This document shows, in pieces, positions 47,241 through 57,704 of a DNA stretch of 64,000 bases. The first letter of the stretch is position 1, and each line of letters begins with the position of its first letter. Under the pieces are notes generated by a model. That model saw nothing but the letters and a program-made list of their open reading frames with translations, made no database searches and was not told where the DNA came from. The translations under genes and the position numbers were made by a program. Source of the DNA: Candidatus Latescibacterota bacterium (GTDB lineage: Bacteria > Latescibacterota > UBA2968 > UBA8231); contig OZ252098.1 of NCBI GenBank assembly GCA_965248355.1, positions 4,256,001 through 4,320,000 of the forward strand, given 5' to 3'.

Positions 47241-49248
47241 ATGCTCAATAGAGGCTCTCAATGGAATCGCTGGGACCCACATATCCACAGCCCCGGCACG
47301 GTCCTGAACGATCAGTTCCGCGGTGCCGACCCATGGGGCCGCTACCTCGATGCCCTTGAGGCGGGAACCCCCCCTATCCGCGCAATTGGGGTCACCGATT
47401 ACTACCTGACGGACAACTATGAAAGAACCCGGGACTTAAAGGAGGCGGGGCGGCTTCCTCATGTCCAACTCATTTTTCCCAACATTGAAATGCGTCTTGA
47501 TGCCGCAGCCAAGTCCGGGTTTATCAACATTCACCTTCTGGTCAAGGACCGCTTCACCTGTAAGCGAGAGGAGCTAATTCGACTTGGCAAGTGCGCAAAT
47601 CCTACAATTCGGGATGAACGCGCTGCGCTTCGCGAGGGTTCCACTCAATTCAAGGTAAGTTTCGTTGAGCTGCGGAACGTGATTCACCAAAGCGCCTGGG
47701 CACAGCAGAACATCCTTGTGGCGGTTGCTGGAGGAGGTGGGGACGGAACGTCAGGGCTGAGGGCTGGGGCGGACGCCACCTTACGGCAAGAGATCGAGAA
47801 GTTCGCCCACGTCATCTTCAGTAGCAACCCAGCGCAGCGGGAGTTCTGGCTCGGCCGGCGTCGCTTGACCGAGGCGGACCTCCGAACCCGCTACGGAGGA
47901 CTAAAGCCATGCCTGCACGGCTCTGATGCCCATTCGGAATCGGAGGTGGGCGAACCACAAGAGGATCGCTTCTCTTGGGTCAAGGGGGGTATTGAGTTTG
48001 ATTCTCTGCAGCAAGCCTGTATAGATCCTGCAGACCGGGTGTATGTAGGCCCCAAACCACCAGCGACAACAATGCCTTCCCAGGTAATCTCATCGTTGGC
48101 TGTAGAGGGTGGTGATTGGATTGGCACCGAGGAGATTCCCTTGAATTCCGGCCTTGTCACCATCATAGGCGCGCGGGGTTCCGGAAAGACCGCGCTCGCG
48201 GAGATGATCGCTACGGGCTGTGATGGCATCCCGAAACCCGTTTGGGACGGCGATGCTATGCCCAGCTCTTCCTTCTTGGCGCGTGCCGGTCCCTTTCTTG
48301 GTGATGGAAGGGTTCGCTTGGTCTGGGGCGGGGGTGATGCTGTGTCGCGCTACCTTGATGGCCGTGACTCCGAGGGTCCCACCTCATTCGCGCGCGTTCG
48401 CTATCTGTCTCAGCAGTTCGTGGAAGAGCTATGCTCTGCGCGCGGGCCGACCGATGGTCTCATCGCTGAGATCGAACGGGTCGTTTTCGAGGCTCATCCA
48501 CATGAATCCCGGGATGGTGCGCTGGACTTTGCGGAGCTACGAGAACGGCGCACTCAGCGCTTCCGTCAGGCACGCGCGCGGGAAGCCACTGCCATCCTCC
48601 AGGTCTCGCACCGCATTGGTGAAGAGTTCAAGAAGGAACGGCTTGTTGACTCGCTAGCGCGGCAGGTTGAGCAGAAGAAGAGGCTGATCGAGGGCCACAA
48701 AGCTGATCTCGGAAAGCTCGTGATAAAGGGCTCGGATGCCCAGCTACGGCGCCACGGGCAGTTGCAGGTGGCAGCGCAGGTACTGCTGAAGAAGATCGAT
48801 GGTTACAAGGGGCAGCGTCGCGCTTTCCAGGGCTTGCAAGATGAGGTGGTTAGCACGCGTGCCAGGGACCCGTGGCATGGTTCTTCTGCTGCTGTACCTC
48901 GCGCTTGACGACGACGACGACCGACCGCTGGTTATCGATCAGCCTGAGGAGAGTCTGGATCCGCAATCGGTATTCGCCGAGCTCGTCCCGACCTTTATGG
49001 CTGCGAAGGCGAGGCGGCAAGTCGTCATGGTGACGCACAATGCGAATCTCGTCATCAACACGGATGCAGACCAGATCATCATTGCTGACGCGAGTCCACA
49101 ACCTGATGGGGGGCTCCCTCGGCTCACGTACCGAGCAGGCGGCCTAGACAGTGCAGAGATTCGAAAGTCGGTCTGTGAGATTCTGGAGGGTGGGGAACTT
49201 GCTTTTCGGGAACGTGCGAGGCGGTTGCGTGTACGTTTGGAGCGGTAG
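47241..49248 (+). pseudogene. PHP-domain plus ABC/SMC-like ATPase (TrlF/Ppl-like) with internal deletions and a frameshift
   Basis: WDPHIHSP, GVTDY, HGSDAH, GARGSGKT; frame breaks near 48860 and resumes PGTRG..LLLYL..RPLVIDQPEESLD, VTHNANL. Confidence 0.8.
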
Positions 49249-49276
49249 CAACTAACCCGATGACAGGGAGCCAGTG

Positions 49277-49846
49277 TCACACCCCGGATGTAGCATCTAA
49301 CCGAGGATTGGGCACTCGGCGCTCACCCCCGTAGATCTCGATCTCGTCCACGAAGGTGAAGGGCTCGTTCCACACCACCAGGCTGACATGGCGGCCGTGG
49401 GTCCGCAACTGGTCCGTCCAGTACCGATGCGTCCCATACTCCGTCGCTGGACGGGAGCCGTGTTCCGCGCTCAGCTCCACCAGGTCCCCGACCTCGTGGA
49501 AGAGCCGGTCCTCGCCCGCCGTGAAGATCCCGATCGCCAGCGGCCACCTCAGTCCGCGAGACCCTCCGCCGTGCTGAACGAACCCCCCCGTATGGGCATC
49601 ACCGTACCCAGGTCGATGCGTCACGATCACCGGCTTCTGGTCCTGCCAGCCCACGGTCGACAGCTGTGTCCAGAAATAGCCCTCCGTGTACACGCCATCC
49701 GTCAGTTGCTCGCCATCGGCGGCATCCGTGCTGTGCTCATAGTTGGGGGCCGGGTCCAGGGTGTAGCTCGCCCCGAGGGCGATGTTCTCCTGCGCCCACG
49801 CCGGTCCCACCATCAGGAACGTAGCCGCCGCCAATGCCCACTTCAT
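49277..49846 (-). pseudogene. N-terminal remnant of a large exported protein (discoidin/CBM-like domain)
   Basis: Signal peptide, ENIALG..Y, QLTDG, VGW, VDEIEIY. Compensating +1 (about 49618) and -1 (about 49551) shifts hide IDLGTVMPIRG.SFST. Truncated at the cassette edge near 49320. Confidence 0.6.
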
Positions 49847-49889
49847 CGCCTGGCCCTGCTATCCGGTGAGTCGGTGAGGTCTCGCCCTC

Positions 49890-50652
49890 TCAGCCGAGGG
49901 AATCGGCGCCCCTGGTGAGCCATTCCAGATTGAACCGGGCGAGGCGGATGCTCTCGGAGTAACTCTCGACGCCTCGCTCGTAGAGGCAGCAGATCGTCAT
50001 GTCCTCGGCGATGGCAAGGTCGGAGTAGGCCGAGGGGCCCGGGTACAGGCTCCTGGAGACCTCCCAGGTCCGGCACTCGTCGTAGCTCAGCCGGACCGTC
50101 ATGTTGTCCCGTGAGGTGCCGGCGGCGTTGGAGAACAGGATCCGGTTCCGGCCGCTGGCGCCGGCGTCGGTGAAGCGGACGATGCTGGCCTGGCAGACGG
50201 GGTCGGGCAGGTCGCGCCGGACGGCGAGGTCGGACCAGGTGTGGCCACCGTCGGCGCTCCAGGCCTCAGTGCGGCCGCCCGCCACGGGGTTGCGGGAGGT
50301 CATGTAGACCCGGCCGTCCCGGGTCTCGACGGCCTGGCATTCGTTGCTGCCGTGTTCGAGGGCCTCGCCGTGGCGCCACGTGCGGCCGTGGTCGTCGCTG
50401 TAGAGGGCGTGGGAGTGGGAGTAGGGAGCCTGCTGGCGGGGGGCGACGCGGTGGTCGCAAGGTATGAGCAGGCGGCCGGTGGCCAGCTGGATCCCGTGGC
50501 CCGGGCCGGTGGCGTACCAGTGCCAGTGGGGAGCCTTCGCCCCCCGGGTGGTGATCTCTTCCGGGGAAGACCAGGTGAGCCCGTCGTCGCCGCTCCGGGT
50601 CAGGAAGACGCGGTCAGAGCTCGATCTCGCGAAACCATGGGGGGTGGGGCAT
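49890..50652 (-). pseudogene. GH33 sialidase with an N-terminal deletion/frameshift
   Basis: RBS plus MPHPPWFREIEL-stop; another frame gives RVFLTRSGDDGLTWS, WYATGPGHGIQL, SDDHGRTW, NEC, DPVCQAS, SAYSD, YERG. The RIP motif region is missing. Confidence 0.75.
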
Positions 50653-50663
50653 GTTGTCCTCCC

Positions 50664-51953
50664 TCAATCCTCCTCCGGCGGCTTCCGCCCCCCGCTGTAC
50701 GCGTCCCCGCGCGCCGAGTCACCCGGCCAGAACACGCTCGACGGGTCCTCCTGCCACAGCTTGCCGCACATGCCGGAGATGACCCGCCACTCCGGGGCGC
50801 CCATCTCCGGGTCCGGATGGAACAGGAAGCGCCGGGCGCCCGCGTCCTCGCTGGCGGCCAGGATGCCGTGCAGGTCGCGGGCCCCCATGGAGTCGCCGGC
50901 GTGGGGGCTGCGCCCGGTGGAGACCCAGAAGATCACCTTGTCGGGGTCGCCCACGGCCTCCAGGGCGCGCTCGCTCTCGGCGAACACGAACTCGTCGAAG
51001 AACTCGGGCGGGAAGCCCAGCTCCATGTCGAGGAGGTCCTCCACGCCGGGCAGGTCGATGCCGAAGAGGGAGCGCACCACCAGCAGGGCGTCGGACTCGG
51101 TGAGGGAGGGGTTCCAGCGGCACAGGCGCTGCACCCAGCGGGCCACGGTGCCGTAGAGGCCGTCGAAGCCGCGGTGCCAGTAGTAGTGCTTGGGGAAGAC
51201 GATGTCGAAGTACGAGGCCATCTGCTGGTAGTCCTGGCCGGTGAGCGAGGAGAAGGCGGCGGTGCGCGGGATGCCCCCCAGCTCGACCTTGCGGTCCACG
51301 GCGTCCACGGCGGCGCGCGAGCGGGCCCAGCCGGCGCGCGACGACTCCCGCCGGGCGCGCAGCCAGTGGAGGGTGTCCTCGTCGATGTCGAACAGGGCCA
51401 GGCCGGCCAGGGTGCCCGCCGGGGCCAGGTAGCGGACCCGGTCCGGCGTCAGCTCGTGCAGGCGCCGGCGCATGGAGGCGATGCCGCGGTGCACGCGGTC
51501 CAGGTCGGCGCCGACCTCGGCGAAGCGGGCCTCCTCCCCGGGGCGCACCTCGAGCAGCTCGCCGCCGTGGTGGAAGGCCAGCTCGTAGTGGTTCTCGCCG
51601 GGGCCGTCGACGATGAATCCCGTCACCTGGGGGAAGGCGTTGGCCAGGTCCTGGGCGTTGCCGGGCGAGCCCCCGGCCCCGAAGATGAAGACCGGCCAGC
51701 CGCGGCCGGCGGCGTCGTCGAGCATGGCGTGCAGTCGGCGCTCCTTCTCCGGGTCGACGGGGGGCTGGTCGGGCGGACTCTCGCCGAAGCGCTCGTAGAC
51801 CTTGGCGTCCGGCGTCCAGCAGGCGGAGCCGTCGAAGCTCATGCGGCCCACCACGAGGCCGCGCACGCCGCCGTCGTGCCAGGCGTCGAAGCGCTCCTTG
51901 AATCCCTCCATCCAGTACTCCAGCGGGTTGTGGGCGAAGATCCAGCAGTTCAT
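50664..51953 (-). CDS. Conserved hypothetical protein (possible TIM barrel)
   Basis: 429 aa with clean codon usage; ATGA overlap with the polB stop; DGPGE, PKHYYWHRGFDG. Confidence 0.7.
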   Translation of the reverse strand: MNCWIFAHNPLEYWMEGFKERFDAWHDGGVRGLVVGRMSFDGSACWTPDAKVYERFGESPPDQPPVDPEKERRLHAMLDDAAGRGWPVFIFGAGGSPGNAQDLANAFPQVTGFIVDGPGENHYELAFHHGGELLEVRPGEEARFAEVGADLDRVHRGIASMRRRLHELTPDRVRYLAPAGTLAGLALFDIDEDTLHWLRARRESSRAGWARSRAAVDAVDRKVELGGIPRTAAFSSLTGQDYQQMASYFDIVFPKHYYWHRGFDGLYGTVARWVQRLCRWNPSLTESDALLVVRSLFGIDLPGVEDLLDMELGFPPEFFDEFVFAESERALEAVGDPDKVIFWVSTGRSPHAGDSMGARDLHGILAASEDAGARRFLFHPDPEMGAPEWRVISGMCGKLWQEDPSSVFWPGDSARGDAYSGGRKPPEED

Positions 51954-54391
51954 GGGTTGCCTCCGGCGTTGCGGAACAGGTCGGGTGTGCCGCCCAGGGC
52001 CACCTCCACGTCCAGGTCGCAGACCTGGCCGATGGTGCGGACGATGGGGCGGATCTGCTTCTCGATGTAGTGCTCGTAGTCGATGGGCGCGCTCAGGCGT
52101 CCGGCGGGCTGCGGGCCGTCGCGGGTGACGAGGTAGCGGATGGTGCCCCGCGGCTCCGGCAGCAGGCGGGCGGCGGCCACGTGGGCGGGCACGGTGCGGG
52201 TGTAGCCCTCCACCGACTTGCGCAGGGCCTTGCGGTAGACGAGGTCGTCGTCCCGCTCGCCGCGGCGCACGGCGTCCACCCAGACCAGGACGCGCTCCTC
52301 CAGCTCGGCGGCCGGGGCGTCGTGGAAGACGCGTTCCAGCAGGTCGCGCTGCACCTCGTGGGCCAGGTCGGTCCAGTCGCGGCGCACCGCCTCCATGCCG
52401 ATGATCTCCACCTCCTCGGAGCCGTCGGCGGCGATCTTGAGGCCGGCGTAGCCCTTGGCGCGGCCGCGCTCGGCGTCGCCGCGCATGGGCGGCAGGAAGA
52501 AGCGGGCGTAGTACTTCTCGAACTCCAGGTCGAGGTAGGAGGGCAGGTCGAAGCGCTCGCGCACGTGCTCCGCCAGGCGCTCGTTGAGCCAGCCGCACAG
52601 ATCCCGCCCGCGCTCGTGGGCGGAAGCGGCGGCGAGGTCCTCCGGCAGGTGGGCGTCGACGAAGAGGGAATCGGTGTCGCCGTAGAGGACGGTGCCGCGG
52701 CCCCCGTCCTCCAGCAGGGCCCTGGTCCAGCGCAGCAGGTAGTGGCCGAAGCCGGTGATGGCGCCGGCCAGGGCGCCCTCGGCGAACCGGCAGGAGCCGG
52801 TGGCCAGCACCCCGTAGAAGGAGTTCATCACGATCTTGCAGGTGTAGGCGGCCAGCTCGTCGCCGGCGGTCCGGGCCCGGGCGCGCTCCTCGAAGAAGCC
52901 GGCCAGCATCTCTGGCAGGATCCCGGGCCGGCGCGTGAAGAGGGCGCCGTTCGGGGCGCGGAGCAGATCTCCCGTCACCCCGGGTCCGTCCGGCGCTCTC
53001 CCATCGGGGGCCTCGGGGCTCGCGCCGCGCGCCTCCAGGTGGGTCAGGGGATCGATGTTGAAGGTGCGGATGATGGAGGGGTACAGGCTCTTGAAGTCGA
53101 AGACGAAGACGTGCCGGTAGAGCCCCGCCCGGGCGGGCATGACCAGGCCGCCCGGCGAGCCCTCCTGGTTCACCCGGTCGACCCCGGTGGTGGGCGCCAC
53201 CATGCGGCGCTGCCGCAGGCCGGTGAGGTAGAGGAAGTCGAAGGCCGCCACCGAGCCCCAGGCGCGCTCCAGGGGCAGCCCGGTGAGGCAGGCCCGCCGC
53301 AGGCTGAGCCGCACGAGGTCCTGGCGCATCAGGATGTCCCGCACCAGCCGCGAGTCCTCGAGGCAGTACTCGGCGAAGGCGGGGCGGTCGTCGCGGAAGG
53401 CGGCCAGGATCCGGTCCGGCATGGACTCGCCCTCGGCGGCCTCGAAGGTCTTGCCGCGGCCGAGCAGGGCGAGGGCCACCGTGTGCAGGCGGTTGTCCTC
53501 GAAGCGCTGCAGGGTGGCCCGCACCAGGTGCATGGCGTCGAGGACCTGGCGGCCGTACACGACGACCCGGCTGCCGCCCCAGACGTCGCCCTCCTGGTAC
53601 CACGACTCGTCGGTGGAGCGGCCCAGGTTGAAGGGCACGCCGTGGGTCCGGCACAGCCGCTGCAGCACCGTGAGGTCGAAGTCGACCAGGTTCCAGCCGG
53701 TGAGCACATCCGGGTCCAGCTCGCGGATCCGCTGCAGGAGGGCGGTGAGCAGGTCGGCCTCGGTGGCGTGGCAGCGCATCTGGGCGGGGTCGCCGCCGGC
53801 GGGCTCCCCGGCCAGGTGGATCTCCTCCACAGTCCCGCCGCCGCCGCCCCAGGCCACCAGGGAGCAGGCCAGCAGGCGGCCGGCGTCGGGCGTGGTCTCG
53901 ATGTCGAGGGCCAGCAGCCGCAGATCCGGCTCCCAGTCGCCGGGCTCCACCTCCGGGTCGACGTAGACGCGGTCGACCCCGTTGCCGGGGCGCCACGACC
54001 CGCCGATGCGCAGGGGGCCGCGCACGCCGAGGGCGACGAGCCACTGGCGCGTGAAGGCCACGTCGGCCTCGTAGGTGCGCAGCTTCTGTCCGTGGAGCCC
54101 CTCGGCCAGGCGGCGCAGCTGCCGGGGCTGGCGCAGGCCGACGCGCACCACGGCCTCGCCGTCCATGGTGGTCAGAGCCGTCTCCGGGTCCAGCTCGGCG
54201 CCCACGCCGAGGCAGAAGGGCCGCGCCCTTGCAAGCTCGGACTCGCGCAGGTAGAAGGAGGGCAGCCGCCGGCTGTCGGCGAAGGCGAAGGTCGATCCCG
54301 ACTCCAGGCGCCCCACCCCGAACAGGACCGGGCGGCCGTTCTGCTGGCGGTGGAAGAGGTGCAGGAGGAAGCCGCGCTCGGAATCGCTCAT
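51950..54391 (-). CDS. polB: DNA polymerase II (family B)
   Basis: DIET, GWNLVDFD, YCLEDS, DFKSLYPS, K..MNSFYG, YGDTDS, K.YAG, G.EAVRRDW. Confidence 0.95.
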   Translation of the reverse strand: MSDSERGFLLHLFHRQQNGRPVLFGVGRLESGSTFAFADSRRLPSFYLRESELARARPFCLGVGAELDPETALTTMDGEAVVRVGLRQPRQLRRLAEGLHGQKLRTYEADVAFTRQWLVALGVRGPLRIGGSWRPGNGVDRVYVDPEVEPGDWEPDLRLLALDIETTPDAGRLLACSLVAWGGGGGTVEEIHLAGEPAGGDPAQMRCHATEADLLTALLQRIRELDPDVLTGWNLVDFDLTVLQRLCRTHGVPFNLGRSTDESWYQEGDVWGGSRVVVYGRQVLDAMHLVRATLQRFEDNRLHTVALALLGRGKTFEAAEGESMPDRILAAFRDDRPAFAEYCLEDSRLVRDILMRQDLVRLSLRRACLTGLPLERAWGSVAAFDFLYLTGLRQRRMVAPTTGVDRVNQEGSPGGLVMPARAGLYRHVFVFDFKSLYPSIIRTFNIDPLTHLEARGASPEAPDGRAPDGPGVTGDLLRAPNGALFTRRPGILPEMLAGFFEERARARTAGDELAAYTCKIVMNSFYGVLATGSCRFAEGALAGAITGFGHYLLRWTRALLEDGGRGTVLYGDTDSLFVDAHLPEDLAAASAHERGRDLCGWLNERLAEHVRERFDLPSYLDLEFEKYYARFFLPPMRGDAERGRAKGYAGLKIAADGSEEVEIIGMEAVRRDWTDLAHEVQRDLLERVFHDAPAAELEERVLVWVDAVRRGERDDDLVYRKALRKSVEGYTRTVPAHVAAARLLPEPRGTIRYLVTRDGPQPAGRLSAPIDYEHYIEKQIRPIVRTIGQVCDLDVEVALGGTPDLFRNAGGNP

Positions 54392-54525
54392 CGGCCCTAT
54401 TGTAGACGGGAGCCCTCCGGCGCGGCAATCGCCGGGACCGCACTTGCCCGTCCCGAGGCCGGGGCGCTAAGATGCCCGCCCGCCGCCGGCGCCCTCTCCG
54501 CCATCGCCCAAGGAGGCCCGAACCC

Positions 54526-55359
54526 GTGATCATCGACTGCCACACCCACGCCTGGGAGTACTGGCCCTACGAGCCGCAGGTGCCGAACCCGGAGAGCCAC
54601 GGCCGGGTGGAAAAGCTGCTGTGGGAGATGGACCGCAACGGCGTCGACCGCGCCGTGCTGGTCTGCGCCAACCTCGACCACAATCCCCGCAACAACGAAT
54701 ACGGCGCCGAGTCGGCCCGGCGCTACCCCGACCGCATCACCTGCTTCGCCGACGTGGACTGCTCCTGGTCGACCACCTACCACGCCCCGGGCGCTGCCGC
54801 CCGCCTGGCCGAGACGGCGGAGCGCCTCGAGCTCAAGGGCTTCACCCACTACCTCGAGGACGACTACGACTGGCTCGAGTCCGAGGAGGGCCTGGCCTTC
54901 TTCGGCACCGCCGCCGACCGCGGCCTGATCGCCAGCCTCTCCTTCGGCGCCCCCTGGCACCCCCACGTGCGCAAGCTCGCCCGCCGGTTCCCGGAGCTGG
55001 TCATCCTCGGCCACCACATGGCCGGCACCCGGGCCTCGGAGAAGCCCCCCTATCCCAACTTCGAGGAGGTCCTCAAGTCGGCGCAGGTGCCCAACATCCA
55101 CCTGAAGCTGTCCGGCTTCGCCTACGTCTCCCAGGTCGACTGGGAGTACCCCTACTCGGACACGATGTGGATGGTGCGCAAGCTCTACGAGCACTACGGC
55201 CCGGAGCGCCTGTGCTGGGCCTCCGACTACCCGCCCGTCCTCTGGTACATGACCTACCAGCAGTCACTGGAGGCGGTGCGCACGCACTGCAACTTCATCC
55301 CCGAGGCGGACCAGGAGCTGATTCTGGGGCGGAATATGGGGAGGCTGCTGGGGTTGTGA
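54526..55359 (+). CDS. Amidohydrolase_2 family protein
   Basis: IIDCHTHAW, MDRNGVDRAVLV, KLSG, YGPERLCWASDYP. Confidence 0.9.
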   Translation: MIIDCHTHAWEYWPYEPQVPNPESHGRVEKLLWEMDRNGVDRAVLVCANLDHNPRNNEYGAESARRYPDRITCFADVDCSWSTTYHAPGAAARLAETAERLELKGFTHYLEDDYDWLESEEGLAFFGTAADRGLIASLSFGAPWHPHVRKLARRFPELVILGHHMAGTRASEKPPYPNFEEVLKSAQVPNIHLKLSGFAYVSQVDWEYPYSDTMWMVRKLYEHYGPERLCWASDYPPVLWYMTYQQSLEAVRTHCNFIPEADQELILGRNMGRLLGL

Positions 55360-55371
55360 AGGGGAGGGAGG

Positions 55372-56540
55372 TCAGGACGGCGGGCCACGCTCGATACGAA
55401 CCCGGTCCCCAAGCCCGAGATCCTGCAGGATCTGCTGCAGTTCCGTCTCCATGTTCCCTGCGAACTGGGAGCTGACACTCACCGAGAACTCGACTCCCAC
55501 CATGACGTCGTCGCCGGACCGGAGCTTGGGCAGCAGCCTGGTTCCGAGCCGGTTCCAGACCTCGGAAGGCACGGTGCCGGTGAGCCGCAAGGTCGTCCTC
55601 TGGTCGAGCGGGGGAGGCTCCGGTCCTGGTTGGGGTCCCGTGTCAGGCCCCGTCTCCGGGCCGTGTGTGGGTCCTGGCGGTGGTGGAGGCGGATCTACGG
55701 GCGCCGCTCTGAGTTGCTCGGCCTTAGCCTTGGTGAGGAGAAAAACTTGCGGTTCAAAGGCCACCTCCTCCGGGCGGAGTGGCTCCGCGTACCAGAGGCG
55801 GCCGTAGCCGCCATCGTCCGCGATGCCGGAGGCCAGGCCGAAATCCCCCTTTGAGACGAAGTCGACGACCTGCCGGCGAAGGATGTCGTCGGGATCGATC
55901 AACCGCGTCAGGGAGCCATCGAGGAAGCTCTGACGCAGGCTCGTGAGGGGCCAGGCTCCGGTTTCCTTGAAGGCGGGTGGCCAGTGGCGGTCGATGTAAC
56001 CGGCCCCCGGCCTTTCGTTCAGCAAAGCCTCCGACTTCAGCGCCGCGATGATCCGGCCGGGGAGGGTTTCGCTCGCACTGGCATGGCCTGCCCCGAGGTC
56101 GATGGTCTTGAGTCCGTGCTGCTCCTGCGTGTCCGAGAGCGCCACGAAACGATAGCTCGCCCAGACTTCGTCCTTGGCGGCCTCCTCCGCGTCGCGGACG
56201 TGGGCGTGGACCTCCGACCGATCGGCGCGGTCGTACTCCGTGCCGAGCACACCTTCGGCCACTTCGCGCTGCACGCGCTTCCAGGCAAGCCACAACGCGA
56301 CCTTCTCCCGGAGTTCCCCTCCGGGTTTCTTTGCGCACCAGACCAGCGAGCCCGGGTAGAGCCGCGGCGAATGGCCCCGCTGCTTCGTCCACTCGCCGAT
56401 GCGCTCGACCCCTTGGTCCCCATCCCTCCACTCCGTCTCGGGGTCGAGGACGGTCAGAGCAAGGCGCGGTGAGTCCTGGATGGAGGCGCCGTCTTCAGGG
56501 AAACAGAAGACGGGAAGGGTGGCCCCGCGCTTGAACTCTG
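55372..56540 (-). pseudogene. C-terminal remnant of a DUF499-like large ATPase
   Basis: Open frame FPEDGASIQDSPRLAL...PRLYPGSLVW...WASYR...Pro-rich linker...WNRLGTRLLPKLRSG; no start; fused out of frame to the upstream ATPase. Family recalled from memory. Confidence 0.6.
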
Positions 56541-57172
56541 GCGGCGTTGCTCCCGTCCGTGCGCAGGCGGGCTCCGATGTCCGGATCCTGCATCTCTCGA
56601 ATCAACGCCGGATCGATCCGGTACACCTGCATTCCCACCAGGAATCGCCACACTGCTTGGAACCGGGCGTCGCCCGCGACCAGGGGCAGGGCCAGAGCGC
56701 CCGGTTCCATGACCGGATCCAGGGAATCCGCGGTGCTCGTCCAGCCTATCGAAGAACGCTTGGGAGACGGGGAGCGATCGAACCAATCTGTCGATCCATC
56801 CGACCTCTTCACTACGCACTGCTCGCGCACCACCTCGAAGCCGTAGCCCCCCAGGGGACGCAACTCGAAACCGTATCGAGCCTGGACGGTATCGGGGTCC
56901 GGGTTTCTCAACTCCACTGCCAGACCCAGGTTCGATGGGCGTCCCCTCGCGGAACTTCGATGGGCGACCGCGGCGAATCCACCGCGATACTCCAGGACCG
57001 CCTGCAGGGGCGAGATCATGGCCTCCCCCAGTAGGGCGAAGGCATCGGCGAAATTGCTCTTGCCGGAGCCGTTCTGACCGACGAGGAAAGTCGGGTTATC
57101 GAACTGGACGTGCTCCGACCGAAGGCTGCGGAAACGCTGCAAGACCAACCGACTCAGGACGGGATCAGGCAT
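56541..57172 (-). pseudogene. AAA_21/ABC-type ATPase, N-terminal half only
   Basis: FRSL, VGQNGSGKSN, DGSNAA; signature and Walker B are missing. Confidence 0.8.
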
Positions 57173-57704
57173 GAGTTTCGCCTCGGGGTTCTCGCTGCAT
57201 CGGCAAGGCGCTGCGAATTCAAGCGTGGCTTCCCAGCGATTCCAGGCGAGTCATCCAGCCGCCGAAGCGAGGGCACTCAGCGCAAATCACGGGCAAGCCT
57301 GTCTCCATTGCCAGAAAGGGGCCGTCCACTCGCTTGTTGTACCTCGGGATGATTGCCTTTATACGCTTGCTCGGTGCCGTGTCACTGCTGTCGTTGATGT
57401 CCTCGGGAGTGGAAAATTGCGAGCGTATGGCCTGTAGCGCCTCTATGGACTCATGCGATACATCGATGAGCTTGGCAAAGCTATCTACACTCGCAAAGAG
57501 CAAGCCCTCAAACTCGTATCGTTGGACGTAGGGGATGACATACGATTCATTCCATGAACGATCTACCTTCTTGTCAACCTCTTCTCGTATCCGCTCTTCC
57601 AACTGTTCAGGAGTTGCAGTGTTCTTGTCACGAAAACCGTAATGGTCTACCAGGGAGGTCACGCGGTCGAAGTTCCAGATCAGTCTCGCCATGTCCGAGG
57701 CCAC

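Larger units (their letters stand above)
45150..49320. mobile_element. Putative inserted defence cassette bounded by 10-bp inverted repeats; no transposase
   Basis: GCCGAGTGCC at 45150-45159 and GGCACTCGGC at 49311-49320; lower GC; genes on the opposite strand to both flanks. Confidence 0.45.

Noticed and set aside
55610..55700. Pro/Gly-rich quasi-repeat
   Set aside because: Low-complexity protein linker within the DUF499-like remnant.
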